Counted from the stretch's first letter, positions 27,762 through 37,252 are shown. The stretch is 64,000 nucleotides of DNA from Thermoplasmata archaeon (GCA_050749465.1 JBOGRO010000050.1:364-64363); one strand, 5' to 3'. A program made the numbers and translations. The notes: generated by a model not told the origin, from the letters alone.

Positions 27762-29008
27762 CCCCGCGACCTCGCGCCCTCCTCGCGGTCGTCGTCGCGG
27801 GGGCGATCTTCCGTCGGGACCGCCCGGTCGGGCCCGACGCCCTGCTTCCGTTCCTGCTCGAGTCGGTGTCGGGCGGGATGCTGCTTCTCGATCGATCGCA
27901 CAAGGTCCGGTTCGCCACGGGGTCGGTGCATTCGCTCCTGGGGTACGAGCCGGGCGAGATGGTGGGGCGGGACGTGAGCGCGTTCGTCGACCCCGAGTCG
28001 CACGCGGCGCTCCGCACGTTGCTCGAGAGCGCGGCCGACCTTCGGCCGGACCACAGGGCCGAGGTGAATGGGCTCGGGCAGGGGGGCCGACGGGTGCCGT
28101 TGCGCCTCTCGGCGCGCCGGGGCGACGACCACGGCGCGCCGGTCTACGCCCTCTACTTGCAGGACCTCGCGGAGCGGGAGGCGCTCGTTAACGCGCTCGC
28201 CCTGCGCGCGGCGGAGCTTGCGCGATCGAACCGCGACCTCGAGCAGTTCGCGTACGTCGCCTCCCACGACCTGCAGGAGCCGCTGCGGATGGTCGGCAGC
28301 TACACCCAGCTCGTCCACCAGCGCTACGAGGGCCAGCTCGACGCCGACGGCCGGGAGTACCTCCAGTTCGCCCATGACGGCGTGCTGCGGATGCAGGAGA
28401 TGATCGACGACCTCCTCACCTTCGCTCGGCTCGGCAGCCGGGGGCAGCCGTTCGCGGCGATCTCGCTCGACCGGATCGGCGAGCAGGCGCTGACGAACCT
28501 CGAGGTGGCCGTCCGGACCCGGAAAGCGCAGGTGCAGGTCGACCCCTTGCCGGTCATCCAGGGGGACCGAGTGCAGCTCGTCCAGCTGTTCCAGAACCTG
28601 ATCGGCAACGCGCTGAAGTTCTGCAAGAGCGACGTGCCGCGCGTCCGGGTCCGCGTCGCCGATTCGGGGTCGGAGTGGACCGTCACGGTCTCCGACAACG
28701 GGATCGGTATCTCCCCCGAATTCCAGGAGAAGGTCTTCCAGATCTTCCAGCGGTTGCACACCCGAGAGGAGTACCCGGGCTCGGGGATCGGTCTCTCGAT
28801 CTGCCGACGCGTCGTGGAGCGCCACGGGGGCCGGATCTGGGTGGAGAGCACCGGCACCCCGGGCGAGGGGACCGCGTTCCATTTCACGTTCCCGAAGTCA
28901 GGACCGGCGCCCGCGACGGTCGCGGCGAGCGCCCCGGTCGCCGTCGACGCGGGGGTCGCCGAGCGGGCGCAGCAGCTCATCGAGGACCGCCTCCGCGAGC
29001 TGATCTAG
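27758..29008 (+). CDS. PAS-domain sensor histidine kinase
   Basis: PAS region (LLLDRSHKVRFATGSVHSLLGYEPGEMVGRDV), H-box FAYVASHDLQEPLRMV, and ATPase N/G boxes (NLIGNALKF, DNGIGI, GSGIGLSI). Confidence 0.9.
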   Translation: MTPRPRALLAVVVAGAIFRRDRPVGPDALLPFLLESVSGGMLLLDRSHKVRFATGSVHSLLGYEPGEMVGRDVSAFVDPESHAALRTLLESAADLRPDHRAEVNGLGQGGRRVPLRLSARRGDDHGAPVYALYLQDLAEREALVNALALRAAELARSNRDLEQFAYVASHDLQEPLRMVGSYTQLVHQRYEGQLDADGREYLQFAHDGVLRMQEMIDDLLTFARLGSRGQPFAAISLDRIGEQALTNLEVAVRTRKAQVQVDPLPVIQGDRVQLVQLFQNLIGNALKFCKSDVPRVRVRVADSGSEWTVTVSDNGIGISPEFQEKVFQIFQRLHTREEYPGSGIGLSICRRVVERHGGRIWVESTGTPGEGTAFHFTFPKSGPAPATVAASAPVAVDAGVAERAQQLIEDRLRELI

Positions 29009-29094
29009 CGAGGCGGCCGGCGGGGGTATCCGGAGGCGTTCGGACCGCCCATGCGCAGTCTTATAGTGCCGGACCCCCCTCGACCCGGACAGCG

Positions 29095-29547
29095 ATGACG
29101 CCCGCCGCCCGCGACTTCACCGCGCCGGTCGATATCCTCATGGTGGAGGACAATCCGGCGGACGCCCGCCTCGTCGTCGAGGCGATGAAGGACAGCCAGA
29201 TCCGCCATGAACTCCACGTCGTCCCCGACGGGCTCCAGGCACTCGACTACCTCCACCGGCGCGGCGCCCACGCGGGCGCGAACCGCCCGAGCCTCATCTT
29301 CCTCGACCTCAACCTGCCCCGGATCGACGGGCGGGAGGTCCTCCGCCAGATCAAGGCCGACGCGGACCTCCGTCGGATCCCCGTCGTGGTCATGTCCTCC
29401 TCCCGCGCGCCGGAGGACGTCGCGCGTGCGTACGACGCCCACGCGAACTGCTACGTCCGCAAGCCGATCGACTTCACGCAGTATCGGGACGTCGTGCGGA
29501 AGATCGAGTCGTTCTGGCTCAGTGCCGTTCAACTGCCGGTGAGCTGA
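29095..29547 (+). CDS. single-domain response regulator (REC)
   Basis: ILMVEDNPADARL, phospho-acceptor FLDLNLP, and the K in YVRKP. ATG 29095 lies within the longer ORF. Confidence 0.85.
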   Translation: MTPAARDFTAPVDILMVEDNPADARLVVEAMKDSQIRHELHVVPDGLQALDYLHRRGAHAGANRPSLIFLDLNLPRIDGREVLRQIKADADLRRIPVVVMSSSRAPEDVARAYDAHANCYVRKPIDFTQYRDVVRKIESFWLSAVQLPVS

Positions 29548-29575
29548 CCCCCCCGCCTCGCCTCGGGAGCGGTCT

Positions 29576-30733
29576 GTGGCGCCCGGAGTGCTCCGCGTTC
29601 TGCTGGTCGAGGACCAGACGGCGGACGCCAAGCTGGTCGAGCTCGCGCTGGGGGGTGCCGCTTCGACCCGATTCCGCGTCGTTCGGGTCAGCCGCGTCTC
29701 GGAGGCGGTCGCGCGGATCGGTACGACGGCGTTCGACGCGGTCCTCCTCGACCTCGGGCTCCCCGATAGCCAGGGACTGGACGGCCTCGCGCGGGTCCGG
29801 CAGGCTTCCCCGACGACCGCGGTGGTCGTCCTCTCCGGCTCGCAGGACCCTACCCGGGGTCGAGCGGCGCTCGTGGCGGGTGCGCAGCGCTTCGAGACGA
29901 AGCGGGTCTACCGCCGGGGCGAGCTCGAGCGGGCCATCCGGTCGGCCGTCGCGCGGGCGAAGGCGGAGGCAGAGTTCGCGCGGGGCGGCGCGATCTCCGA
30001 GGCGGCCGGCCGTGAGCTCGGTGCGCTCGCGGACGGCGTGATCGCGTTCGACCGCGGCCGCGTCGCCTACGTCAACGACGCGGGCGCGGCGCTCTGGGCG
30101 ACCCTCACCGTATCGGACGCACCCCTCGCACGATCGATCGTCACGGTGGCCGGTCCGAACCGCTCCGGTCCGTCGGTGTGCGAGGAACTCGTCTTCCGTC
30201 GCTTGGACGGCAGCGGGGTGCGACTTCGCTACCTGGTGCGTCGCACTCCGTCCGCCGACGGCCGCGCGCTGCTCTACCTCGAGCGTCTCGAGCCCGACCC
30301 CGGCGTCGAGGGACCCCGTCGTCCCCGCGAGTCGGCCCGGGAAGGCGCCCGCCCCTCGACGCCGCCGCCGGTGATCGACCCATCGGCATGGCGGGACCTC
30401 GGGGAGCTCGCCCGCGGCGACCCCACGTTCGTTCCGTCCCTCGTCCGCGTCTACCTCGAGGAGGGGGGCCGCCTTTTCGCCGAGGTGAACCGCGCGGCGC
30501 AGGACGCTGAGATGCGAACCGTCGGTCGGATCGCCCACAACCTGAAGTCGGCGTCGGCCCAGGTGGGAGCGTTGTCGCTCTCCCGCACCCTCGCGCGCCT
30601 CGAGCGGGCGGCCGAGCGCGCGGAAGCGGAGCAGGTCGAGGAGCGCCTCCGCGAGGCCGTGGACGAGTTCGTGCGCGTCGGAGACGCGCTGCACGCGCTC
30701 GCCGAGACCGACCGCGACGACGCGGGCGGCTAG
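29576..30733 (+). CDS. REC - PAS-like - Hpt hybrid phosphotransfer protein
   Basis: N-terminal REC (VLLVEDQ.., LLDLGLPD), a central PAS-like segment, and a C-terminal Hpt motif AHNLKSASAQVGA. Confidence 0.8.
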   Translation: MAPGVLRVLLVEDQTADAKLVELALGGAASTRFRVVRVSRVSEAVARIGTTAFDAVLLDLGLPDSQGLDGLARVRQASPTTAVVVLSGSQDPTRGRAALVAGAQRFETKRVYRRGELERAIRSAVARAKAEAEFARGGAISEAAGRELGALADGVIAFDRGRVAYVNDAGAALWATLTVSDAPLARSIVTVAGPNRSGPSVCEELVFRRLDGSGVRLRYLVRRTPSADGRALLYLERLEPDPGVEGPRRPRESAREGARPSTPPPVIDPSAWRDLGELARGDPTFVPSLVRVYLEEGGRLFAEVNRAAQDAEMRTVGRIAHNLKSASAQVGALSLSRTLARLERAAERAEAEQVEERLREAVDEFVRVGDALHALAETDRDDAGG

Positions 30734-31173
30734 AGGTCCTTGCGCATTCGCTCGAGCAGCTCGCGGATCACGGTCGCACGGACCGGTTTTTGCAGGACGT
30801 CGAACGCGCCGCCGCGCACGAGCTCGCGCACACGCGGGTCCTCCGGCGGGTTGCCGGTGCAGACGACGAGCTTCAGCGCGGGGTTCTTCGCGAGCATGTA
30901 GCGCGCGGCCTCCGGGCCGCCGTCGGCGTTGGTGTTCGACGCGAGGAACGCGAAGAAGCTCTCGCTCCCCTGGGCGAGCGGGGCGCCCATCGGGAGGTTG
31001 ATGTCGACGAAAACGATCTCGGGGCGCTCCTGGTTGAACAGCTCGATCGCCTCGCTCGCCGTTCCCGCCTCGAAGATCGCCGCCTCTTCGACGCCGCTGC
31101 TCTTCAGCGCTTGGCGGATCGTCAGTCGGACGACGGGCGAATCCTCGACCAGGAGTACCTTCGACTCACTCAT
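30730..31173 (-). CDS. CheY-like single-domain response regulator
   Basis: VLLVEDSPVVR, FVDINLP, and LVVCTG..K-type residues. Confidence 0.85.
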   Translation of the reverse strand: MSESKVLLVEDSPVVRLTIRQALKSSGVEEAAIFEAGTASEAIELFNQERPEIVFVDINLPMGAPLAQGSESFFAFLASNTNADGGPEAARYMLAKNPALKLVVCTGNPPEDPRVRELVRGGAFDVLQKPVRATVIRELLERMRKDL

Positions 31174-31281
31174 CGCCTGCCGCCCTGTCCCCCCGGGGTT
31201 GGGTTGCCGGAGAAAAGAGCCGGCGGGCGCCGATAAGCATTGGGGGCTTGGATCCGGTCCGTGCGCGGCAAGCGCCGCGCC

Positions 31282-32925
31282 TCAGACGATCCGCAGGAGC
31301 TCATACGGCCCTCCGTTGGAGCCTTCCGCGAGGACGAACCCGGACGTCCACGGCTTGAGACCGTAGAGGAAGACCCGTCCCAGGCGGTTGCGCAGCCGGA
31401 TGCGGATGGCGGCCACGGAGAGGATCCGGTTGAACAGCTCGGACCCCGGCCGACCGATCATGAACAGGTGAAGGTTCGCGCCCCCGAGCGTCGACTGGAT
31501 CCCGGCGAGGAAATTCGCGGCGACGTCGGGCGTGATCGAGATCTTCATCGACGCCGCGAGTGACTGAAGGCCGGTCTCGTAGAGGAGGACGAGGCCCGGG
31601 TGGGTCTCGGACGGCGGACCCTTTAGCCAGCGGGTCAGCTCCGCTCCCTTCGCGTCCGGGTCGGAGAGCGTCGGGACGAGGCGCTCGGGAGGGACGACCG
31701 CTTGTAGGAACTCCGGGTGCGACTGACCGGTCGTGGTCGCCAGTTGGTGGCTGACGTCCACCACCCGCATCCGCTGGCAGATCAGCGCCGGGTCGGCGGC
31801 ACCGGCCACGCTCGCCCAGATCTCCTCCGCGGAGCGAGCGAGCGATGGGACGAGCAGCACGCGCCCCCCCGCGTGGAGCGTCCAGCGAATCGCCGGGCGC
31901 AGCAGGTGACCCAGCATCTGGTCGGGGAGGTCGTCATCGGCCTCGAAGATGCTGAGCCGGCCGAGCGGGAGTCGGCCGAAGCTCTCGACGAAGCTCTTGG
32001 ACCCCGGCCACAGGTAGTTCGGGAGCGGGTCCGGCTCCGGCTCGTATTCGCCCGGTTGCAACTGTCCGTACGCACGGATCGGGTCGATGCATTGGAACTT
32101 GGCGCCGTCGACGGTGTACGGATATGCCGAGTTCGCGATCCGGATCCCTCGGAGCTTCGGGAGGGAGAGCCACCGTTCGAGTCGGTCGTCGTTCACTTCT
32201 CGGCGGGTGACGATCACACCGTTGACGAGGTAATCGAGCGGGGTCTGATCTTCCCGCTCCACGACCAGCACGAGGTGACAGGGGACGTGCCCCATCCGAC
32301 GGAGGAGGATCCGCTCGATCTCGGAGCGCTCGATCGTCCGCCCGGAACTCGTCGAGCGCCGTCCGAGGTACTGCTCGACGAGCGCGTCCCAGGAGTCGAT
32401 GACGACCACGGACGGACCGTCCCGAGGTAGACGGCTCCACGCATCCTGGACCGGGGAGGGGAGGTGAAGGAACTCGGTGAGCTCCCGGCGCTCGCGGGGG
32501 CTCGGGTCGTCGACGAGGAGCGTCGGCTCCTTCGTTCCGTCCGGTGGGTCGAACGGCGGTTCGACATCGCTCGAGTCGACGACCTGGATTCCGCCGGAGT
32601 TCGCGCCGAGCCAGGGGAACTCCCGGTGCAACTCGCCGGTCGAGACTCGGCTCGTGATCAGGATCTTCTCGCCGGGCGAACTCTCGAGCAGCGCGAGGCA
32701 AAGGGTCGACTTGCCCGACCCCGGTGGTCCCCGGACGAGGAGCGTTTGGGGGCCCCGCAACTGCAGGAAGGCTCGCAACTCTGCGGGTAGCCGAACCGCC
32801 GTACTCACTGCAGGACACCGCGCCAACCGGCGCGGGCACCTCGGGATGTGAAGGGATAGCAGGGGTATTAGAACCTCGCTCCCCGCGGCCCCCCGGAAGT
32901 TTGCGCGAGGATTTCCCGGCGGCAT
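31282..32925 (-). CDS. KaiC/GvpD/RAD55-family RecA-like ATPase (one intact P-loop domain plus a degenerate second domain)
   Basis: Walker [10 protein letters not shown] and Walker [11 protein letters not shown]. The second half lacks a P-loop. ATG 32925 lies about 24 nt from the palindromic TATA. Confidence 0.7.
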   Translation of the reverse strand: MPPGNPRANFRGAAGSEVLIPLLSLHIPRCPRRLARCPAVSTAVRLPAELRAFLQLRGPQTLLVRGPPGSGKSTLCLALLESSPGEKILITSRVSTGELHREFPWLGANSGGIQVVDSSDVEPPFDPPDGTKEPTLLVDDPSPRERRELTEFLHLPSPVQDAWSRLPRDGPSVVVIDSWDALVEQYLGRRSTSSGRTIERSEIERILLRRMGHVPCHLVLVVEREDQTPLDYLVNGVIVTRREVNDDRLERWLSLPKLRGIRIANSAYPYTVDGAKFQCIDPIRAYGQLQPGEYEPEPDPLPNYLWPGSKSFVESFGRLPLGRLSIFEADDDLPDQMLGHLLRPAIRWTLHAGGRVLLVPSLARSAEEIWASVAGAADPALICQRMRVVDVSHQLATTTGQSHPEFLQAVVPPERLVPTLSDPDAKGAELTRWLKGPPSETHPGLVLLYETGLQSLAASMKISITPDVAANFLAGIQSTLGGANLHLFMIGRPGSELFNRILSVAAIRIRLRNRLGRVFLYGLKPWTSGFVLAEGSNGGPYELLRIV

Positions 32926-32943
32926 TCGCCGGCGTCCGGGAAA

Positions 32944-32953
32944 TGGTTATAAC
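32944..32953. promoter_or_regulatory. palindromic bidirectional TATA element GGTTATAACC
   Basis: Perfect 10-nt palindrome centred between the divergent ATGs 32925 (minus) and 32979 (plus), each about 24-30 nt away. Confidence 0.55.
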
Positions 32954-32978
32954 CCGCACCCGGGGTGGAGCACTCCGC

Positions 32979-33203
32979 ATGGGCAGCATCCGGCAAACGT
33001 ACATCAAGCGGGTCGCGATCGAGCTGATCCGCCACTACCCCGACGACTTCACCGGAGACTTCGCCCACAACAAGCAGAAGGTCCTCGAGCTCACCGACCT
33101 CGGTGTCCAGGTCGACGGCAAGATGTCCGTGACGCACAAGAAGCTCGCGAACCGGATCGCCGGCTACGCCGTGCGTTACGTCAAGCGTAAGCGCGGCACC
33201 TGA
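32979..33203 (+). CDS. rps17e: 30S ribosomal protein S17e
   Basis: [35 protein letters not shown]... Confidence 0.9.
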   Translation: MGSIRQTYIKRVAIELIRHYPDDFTGDFAHNKQKVLELTDLGVQVDGKMSVTHKKLANRIAGYAVRYVKRKRGT

Positions 33204-33212
33204 TCGGATTCG

Positions 33213-33878
33213 CTATACGAAGACCTGCAGGCCTTCCTGCAGGTGCGCGATCTCGACCGCGGTCGTCGGTCGCCCCATGAGGAGTCCCCGCGAGTTCGCG
33301 ACCACGCACGCGCCGACGATCGGCACGCCGAAGTTCGCGGTCGAGCGGTGGACCGGCACGCCGAGGACCTCCCCGGCGAGGGCTGCCTCGCGCTCCGTCG
33401 TCTTCGGGTGGACGATGACGCCGCGGTTCGTCGCGAGGCCCGCCATTCCGACCGTGCCCAGGCCGGCGAGCGTTCCGCGGCGCACCGGCACGGCGAGCGC
33501 TGCGCCGATCGCGGCGATGGTGTCGTCCGAGAACTCGGGGTGGACGAGCGCGCCGCGGTCGTTCGCGAGGACGTTGTTCCCCATCGCGTTCTGTCGCTGC
33601 CGAACGACGGAGACCGTTCCGAACCCTTCGAGGGCGCGCCGCTCGCCGAGGTCGAGCTCGTCCCCGACGACGACGCCGTTCGAGTTCAGCGCCACGAGCG
33701 CCCCGACGACCTCGCTGTCCGCGACGTTCGAGCGGACGACCTTCACGTCCAGCGTCCGCTCCACGTCCCGCTCCAGCGCGCCCTGGGCCGAGGGGGGAAC
33801 GAGCGCCGCGCGCTCGCTCACCCGCAGGTAGACGCCGAGGTAGGGGCTTCCCCCGTAGAGCGTACGACCGACCGGCAC
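33213..33878 (-). CDS. eif6: translation initiation factor 6 (aIF6)
   Basis: GSPYLGVYLRVSERAALVPP, pentein-repeat pattern ..NSNGVVVG.., ..NDRGALVHP.., ..NRGVIVHP.., ..NSRGLLMG. Confidence 0.9.
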   Translation of the reverse strand: MPVGRTLYGGSPYLGVYLRVSERAALVPPSAQGALERDVERTLDVKVVRSNVADSEVVGALVALNSNGVVVGDELDLGERRALEGFGTVSVVRQRQNAMGNNVLANDRGALVHPEFSDDTIAAIGAALAVPVRRGTLAGLGTVGMAGLATNRGVIVHPKTTEREAALAGEVLGVPVHRSTANFGVPIVGACVVANSRGLLMGRPTTAVEIAHLQEGLQVFV

Positions 33879-33900
33879 GCGAGAGTCTCCCGCGGGGACC

Positions 33901-34203
33901 CTACTCGGGACCGAGCAGGTCGACCTCGATGAGGCCGTCCTCGAAGCGAATCGCCCGGACCCGAACGAACGACGGGATGTGCTGGATGCCGCGCTCCCAG
34001 ATGTGCTCGTTGAGCCGCGGGTCGATCCACACGTCCTCCGAGCGTCCCTTCATGTGGCGAATGACGAACCGGCGGACCGTCTCGAGCGCGTGGCCGGCGC
34101 GGCGACGTCGGCTCGGCTGGTGCTTGCTCGCGCGCAGCGGAATGACGTACTCGCGCTCGAGCTCCTCCCCGCGCCGCGGGGGGGTCTTCTTCTTCGGTGC
34201 CAT
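33901..34203 (-). CDS. rpl31e: 50S ribosomal protein L31e
   Basis: EREYVIPLR...RAGHALETVRRFVIRHMK..VWIDPRLNEHIWERG. Confidence 0.9.
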   Translation of the reverse strand: MAPKKKTPPRRGEELEREYVIPLRASKHQPSRRRRAGHALETVRRFVIRHMKGRSEDVWIDPRLNEHIWERGIQHIPSFVRVRAIRFEDGLIEVDLLGPE

Positions 34204-34224
34204 GCGAAACTCCCGAGGCGCGTC

Positions 34225-34383
34225 CTACTTGTGGAGGTGCCCGCGCTTCCACGTGTGCCGCTTCGGGTGACGAGTGACGTGACGGTTCGTTCGCTGCATC
34301 ACCCAGGCCGGCACGCGCCGGTTCCCCTTCACGACCCGAAAGAGCCGGATCTTGCGGGCGAGACTCTTCCTACGGTTCGCCAT
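34225..34383 (-). CDS. rpl39e: 50S ribosomal protein L39e (52 aa)
   Basis: My own translation: [52 protein letters not shown]. Too short for the ORF track. Confidence 0.9.
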   Translation of the reverse strand: MANRRKSLARKIRLFRVVKGNRRVPAWVMQRTNRHVTRHPKRHTWKRGHLHK

Positions 34384-34395
34384 GCTTCGCTCCGT

Positions 34396-34755
34396 TCACC
34401 GCCGCGTGATCGTGATGTCGCGCCGCTCGGGCATGATCCGCTCGAGGAGCGCCCGCAAGGTCGCGTCGTCGACCTGACGTTGAAGGCGCCCGGTCGCCGC
34501 GAGCTGGAGCAGCTGCTGCTCGACCGACGCGGCGATGTCGGGCTTCGCGAGGCGGATGCGGCCGAGGCGCTCGCGCGCTTCGGGAGTGAGGATGCGACGC
34601 AGCGCGTCGGAGCGTTCCTGGTCGCGGCGCTGCATCTCCGCTTCCTGGGCGGCGTACGCCTGAGGGTTCGCGGCCTCCGCGAGTTGCTGTTGCTGGAGCT
34701 GCTGGAGCCGGCGCCGCCGCAGCTCGTTCAGCTCGGCATCGTCTCCTTGCGCCAT
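34396..34755 (-). CDS. PDCD5/TFAR19-like DNA-binding protein
   Basis: ELRRRRLQQLQ..ILTPEARERLGRIRLAKPD..VEQQLLQLAATGRL. Confidence 0.8.
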   Translation of the reverse strand: MAQGDDAELNELRRRRLQQLQQQQLAEAANPQAYAAQEAEMQRRDQERSDALRRILTPEARERLGRIRLAKPDIAASVEQQLLQLAATGRLQRQVDDATLRALLERIMPERRDITITRR

Positions 34756-34787
34756 CGACCACCTCTCGAGCTCCTAGCGTACGGACA

Positions 34788-35243
34788 TCACAGGTACTTG
34801 GCGAGTTCGGGTCGCTGGGCGGCGAGCGAAGTCAGGACCTCGCGCGAGATGGAGTCGAGCAGCTTCGCCCCCTCGGGGCTCACGCGCCGGCCCTTCGTTT
34901 TGTACGGTTGCAAGAGACCGGCCTGCTCGAGCTGGTGGACGATCTCCCGGAGGACCGAACGCGAACCGCTGCGCGTGTGCTTCGGCGCACTGCCGCGGTC
35001 TTTCTTCCCGCCGTACTCCGCGCTCAGCCGCTGGATCCCGACGTACCCCTGCAGGTAGACCTTCCGCAGCACCGACGCGCTGCGCAGATACCACCAGTCG
35101 GTCTGGGTCGGGGCCCGCTCCTTGTGGACGCCGGTCTTCACGAACATCGCCCACGGAGGGGGTTGGACGGCGTTTCGCTGGCGGAGCTCGGTCGCGAGCC
35201 GCGGAAGGAACGCCGACGGCGGCACATCGTTAGGATGGGTCAT
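34788..35243 (-). CDS. rps19e: 30S ribosomal protein S19e
   Basis: PPWAMFVKTGVHKERAPTQTDWWYLRSASVLRKVYL..GGKKDRGSAPKH. Start at ATG 35243, 28-35 nt from the TATA. Confidence 0.9.
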   Translation of the reverse strand: MTHPNDVPPSAFLPRLATELRQRNAVQPPPWAMFVKTGVHKERAPTQTDWWYLRSASVLRKVYLQGYVGIQRLSAEYGGKKDRGSAPKHTRSGSRSVLREIVHQLEQAGLLQPYKTKGRRVSPEGAKLLDSISREVLTSLAAQRPELAKYL

Positions 35244-35270
35244 GACGCGGCGCGGCCACTCGGCCGGGCT

Positions 35271-35278
35271 ATTTAAAT
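35271..35278. promoter_or_regulatory. palindromic TATA box ATTTAAAT
   Basis: Perfect palindrome and the only AT-rich octamer in the S19e/amidohydrolase divergent spacer. Confidence 0.55.
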
Positions 35279-35463
35279 GCGACCGCACGTCCGCGCCGGA
35301 AAACCCTCGGCGCCATCGGTACGACCTCTTCCCCAGCGGTTACAGCCGCCCCGACGATCGGGCAGGGGCCGGGTGAGGTAGCACGGGAGCCCCCGCCCCC
35401 CTCGCGATCCGGGACGCCCCGGTCTACGCGACGCCGGACGCCGTCTCCCCTCCTCACACCCCC

Positions 35464-36546
35464 GTGATCGTCCGGGACGGTCGCATCGCGGCGGTCGGAC
35501 CGGACGTCGAGATACCGACGGACGCCGAGGTCCTCGAGGCCCGCGGGCGAGTCGTGACCGCGGGGTTCTGGAATGCCCACGTCCATTTCACCGAACGGAA
35601 GTGGCGCGCGGCGGCGTCGGCGCCGGCGGTTGAACTGAACGCCCATCCCCACGAGATGCTCGTCGGCCGCGGGTTCACGACCGTGGTCGACGCGGGTTCG
35701 GACCCGCGAACGACCCTGCCCCTGCGACGGCGTATCGAGTCGGGGGAGCTTCCGGGCCCCTCGATCTACACGGCGGCGAGCGGTCTCTACCCTCCGCACG
35801 GTATCCCGTACTATCTCGAGGGAGCAATCCCGTTCTGGGTCCGTCCGTTCGTGCCCCAACCGCCGACCGCGGCCGCCGCGGTACGTGCCGCGACGCGGGC
35901 CCTTTTTCGCGGTGCCGACCTGATCAAGCTGTTCCCGGGGGCGTACGTCGCACGGGGCCAGGTCCGAACGATGCCCGAGCCGGTCGCGCGGGCCGCGGTC
36001 GAGGTCGCCCACGCGCACGGCCGCCCCGTGTACAGCCATCCGTCGAACCTGGAGGGGGCGCGCGTCGCGGTCCGCGCCGGCGTTGATGTCCTGGCGCCCC
36101 CACCGGACGCGACCGACGGCGTCGACGACGCACTGCTCGCGGAGATCGTTCGTCGAGGGAGGGGAAGGTTCCCGACGCTGAAGATGTTCGCCGACACGGT
36201 CTCGAAGGAGCCAGAGTACTTCGAGCCGATCCTCGCGGTCGTCCGCCGGTTTCACGCGCTCGGGGGCCAGCTTCTCTTCGGCACCGACGTGGGCTATCTC
36301 ACCGACTACTCCACCGAGGGGGAGTTCTCCGCCCTCGCGCGGGCCGGGCTGGACGGGCGCACGATCCTGCGGATGCTAACGACCGCCCCGCTGGAGCGCT
36401 TTCGCGTCTCCGACCGCGGGGCGGTGTCGGTCGGCCAACGGGCGGACCTCGTCCTCCTGGACGGCGACCCCCTCTCCGACCCGACAGCGTTCGCGCGGGT
36501 TCGCGCGACCGTCCGCGCGGGGCGAGTGCTCTTTGGCCGGGAGTAG
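35464..36546 (+). CDS. amidohydrolase-family metal-dependent hydrolase
   Basis: VRDGRIAAVG..VVTAGFWNAHVHF (HxH metal site). GTG 35464 is the first in-frame start, but homology-like sequence continues upstream without a start codon. Confidence 0.75.
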   Translation: MIVRDGRIAAVGPDVEIPTDAEVLEARGRVVTAGFWNAHVHFTERKWRAAASAPAVELNAHPHEMLVGRGFTTVVDAGSDPRTTLPLRRRIESGELPGPSIYTAASGLYPPHGIPYYLEGAIPFWVRPFVPQPPTAAAAVRAATRALFRGADLIKLFPGAYVARGQVRTMPEPVARAAVEVAHAHGRPVYSHPSNLEGARVAVRAGVDVLAPPPDATDGVDDALLAEIVRRGRGRFPTLKMFADTVSKEPEYFEPILAVVRRFHALGGQLLFGTDVGYLTDYSTEGEFSALARAGLDGRTILRMLTTAPLERFRVSDRGAVSVGQRADLVLLDGDPLSDPTAFARVRATVRAGRVLFGRE

Positions 36547-36643
36547 GGGTCGATCGGTCCCTTCGCGTTGCGGCCGGTGGCTTAACTAACCCTCCCGACG
36601 TGTCGAAATCAGGGCCGGTGCGGCCGCACGGGTCCGCCATCCG

Positions 36644-37252
36644 ATGAGCACGGCGGCAATCCTACTGAGCGGCGGGGCGTCGACCCGATTCGGGGGGTAC
36701 CCGAAGGCGCTCGTCTCGGCCGGCGAGCGGTCCGCGATCCGGCGCATGGCCGAGCTGAGCCTCGACCTCGCCCTCGACCCGGTCCTCGTGGTCGTCGGGC
36801 CTCACCACCATGCGGTCGTGGAGGAGCTGCGCGGCGTCGACGTCCAGATCGTCGACTCGGAGGAGTGGTACGAGGGCCGCACGGCGTCCGTCCAATCCGG
36901 GCTCCGGGCCGCGCCGGAGGGAGCGGACGTGCTGCTCTGGCCGGTCGATCATCCGTTCGTCCGGACCCGGACGATCGAACGCCTCCTCGCCGCCCGCGAC
37001 TCCGACCTGCTCGGCCTGTGGTTCGTCCCGGCGTACGACGGACAGGGCGGACATCCCGTTGTCTGGAAGGACCGGGTCCGCGCCGACGTTCTCGAACTGC
37101 GTCCGGACGCTCCGATCCGCGCGCTGATGCCCGAGCTCGGCCCGCAGGTCCGCCGCGTCGCGGTGGACGATCCCGGGATACTCGCGAGCATCGACACCCC
37201 CGAGGAGTACCGGAACTCGTTCGACGCGTGGCTCGCACGGCGGGAGGACTGA
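36644..37252 (+). CDS. mocA: MobA/MocA-like molybdenum cofactor nucleotidyl(cytidylyl)transferase
   Basis: AAILLSGGASTRFGG.PKAL, ..LLWPVDHPFV. Confidence 0.8.
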   Translation: MSTAAILLSGGASTRFGGYPKALVSAGERSAIRRMAELSLDLALDPVLVVVGPHHHAVVEELRGVDVQIVDSEEWYEGRTASVQSGLRAAPEGADVLLWPVDHPFVRTRTIERLLAARDSDLLGLWFVPAYDGQGGHPVVWKDRVRADVLELRPDAPIRALMPELGPQVRRVAVDDPGILASIDTPEEYRNSFDAWLARRED

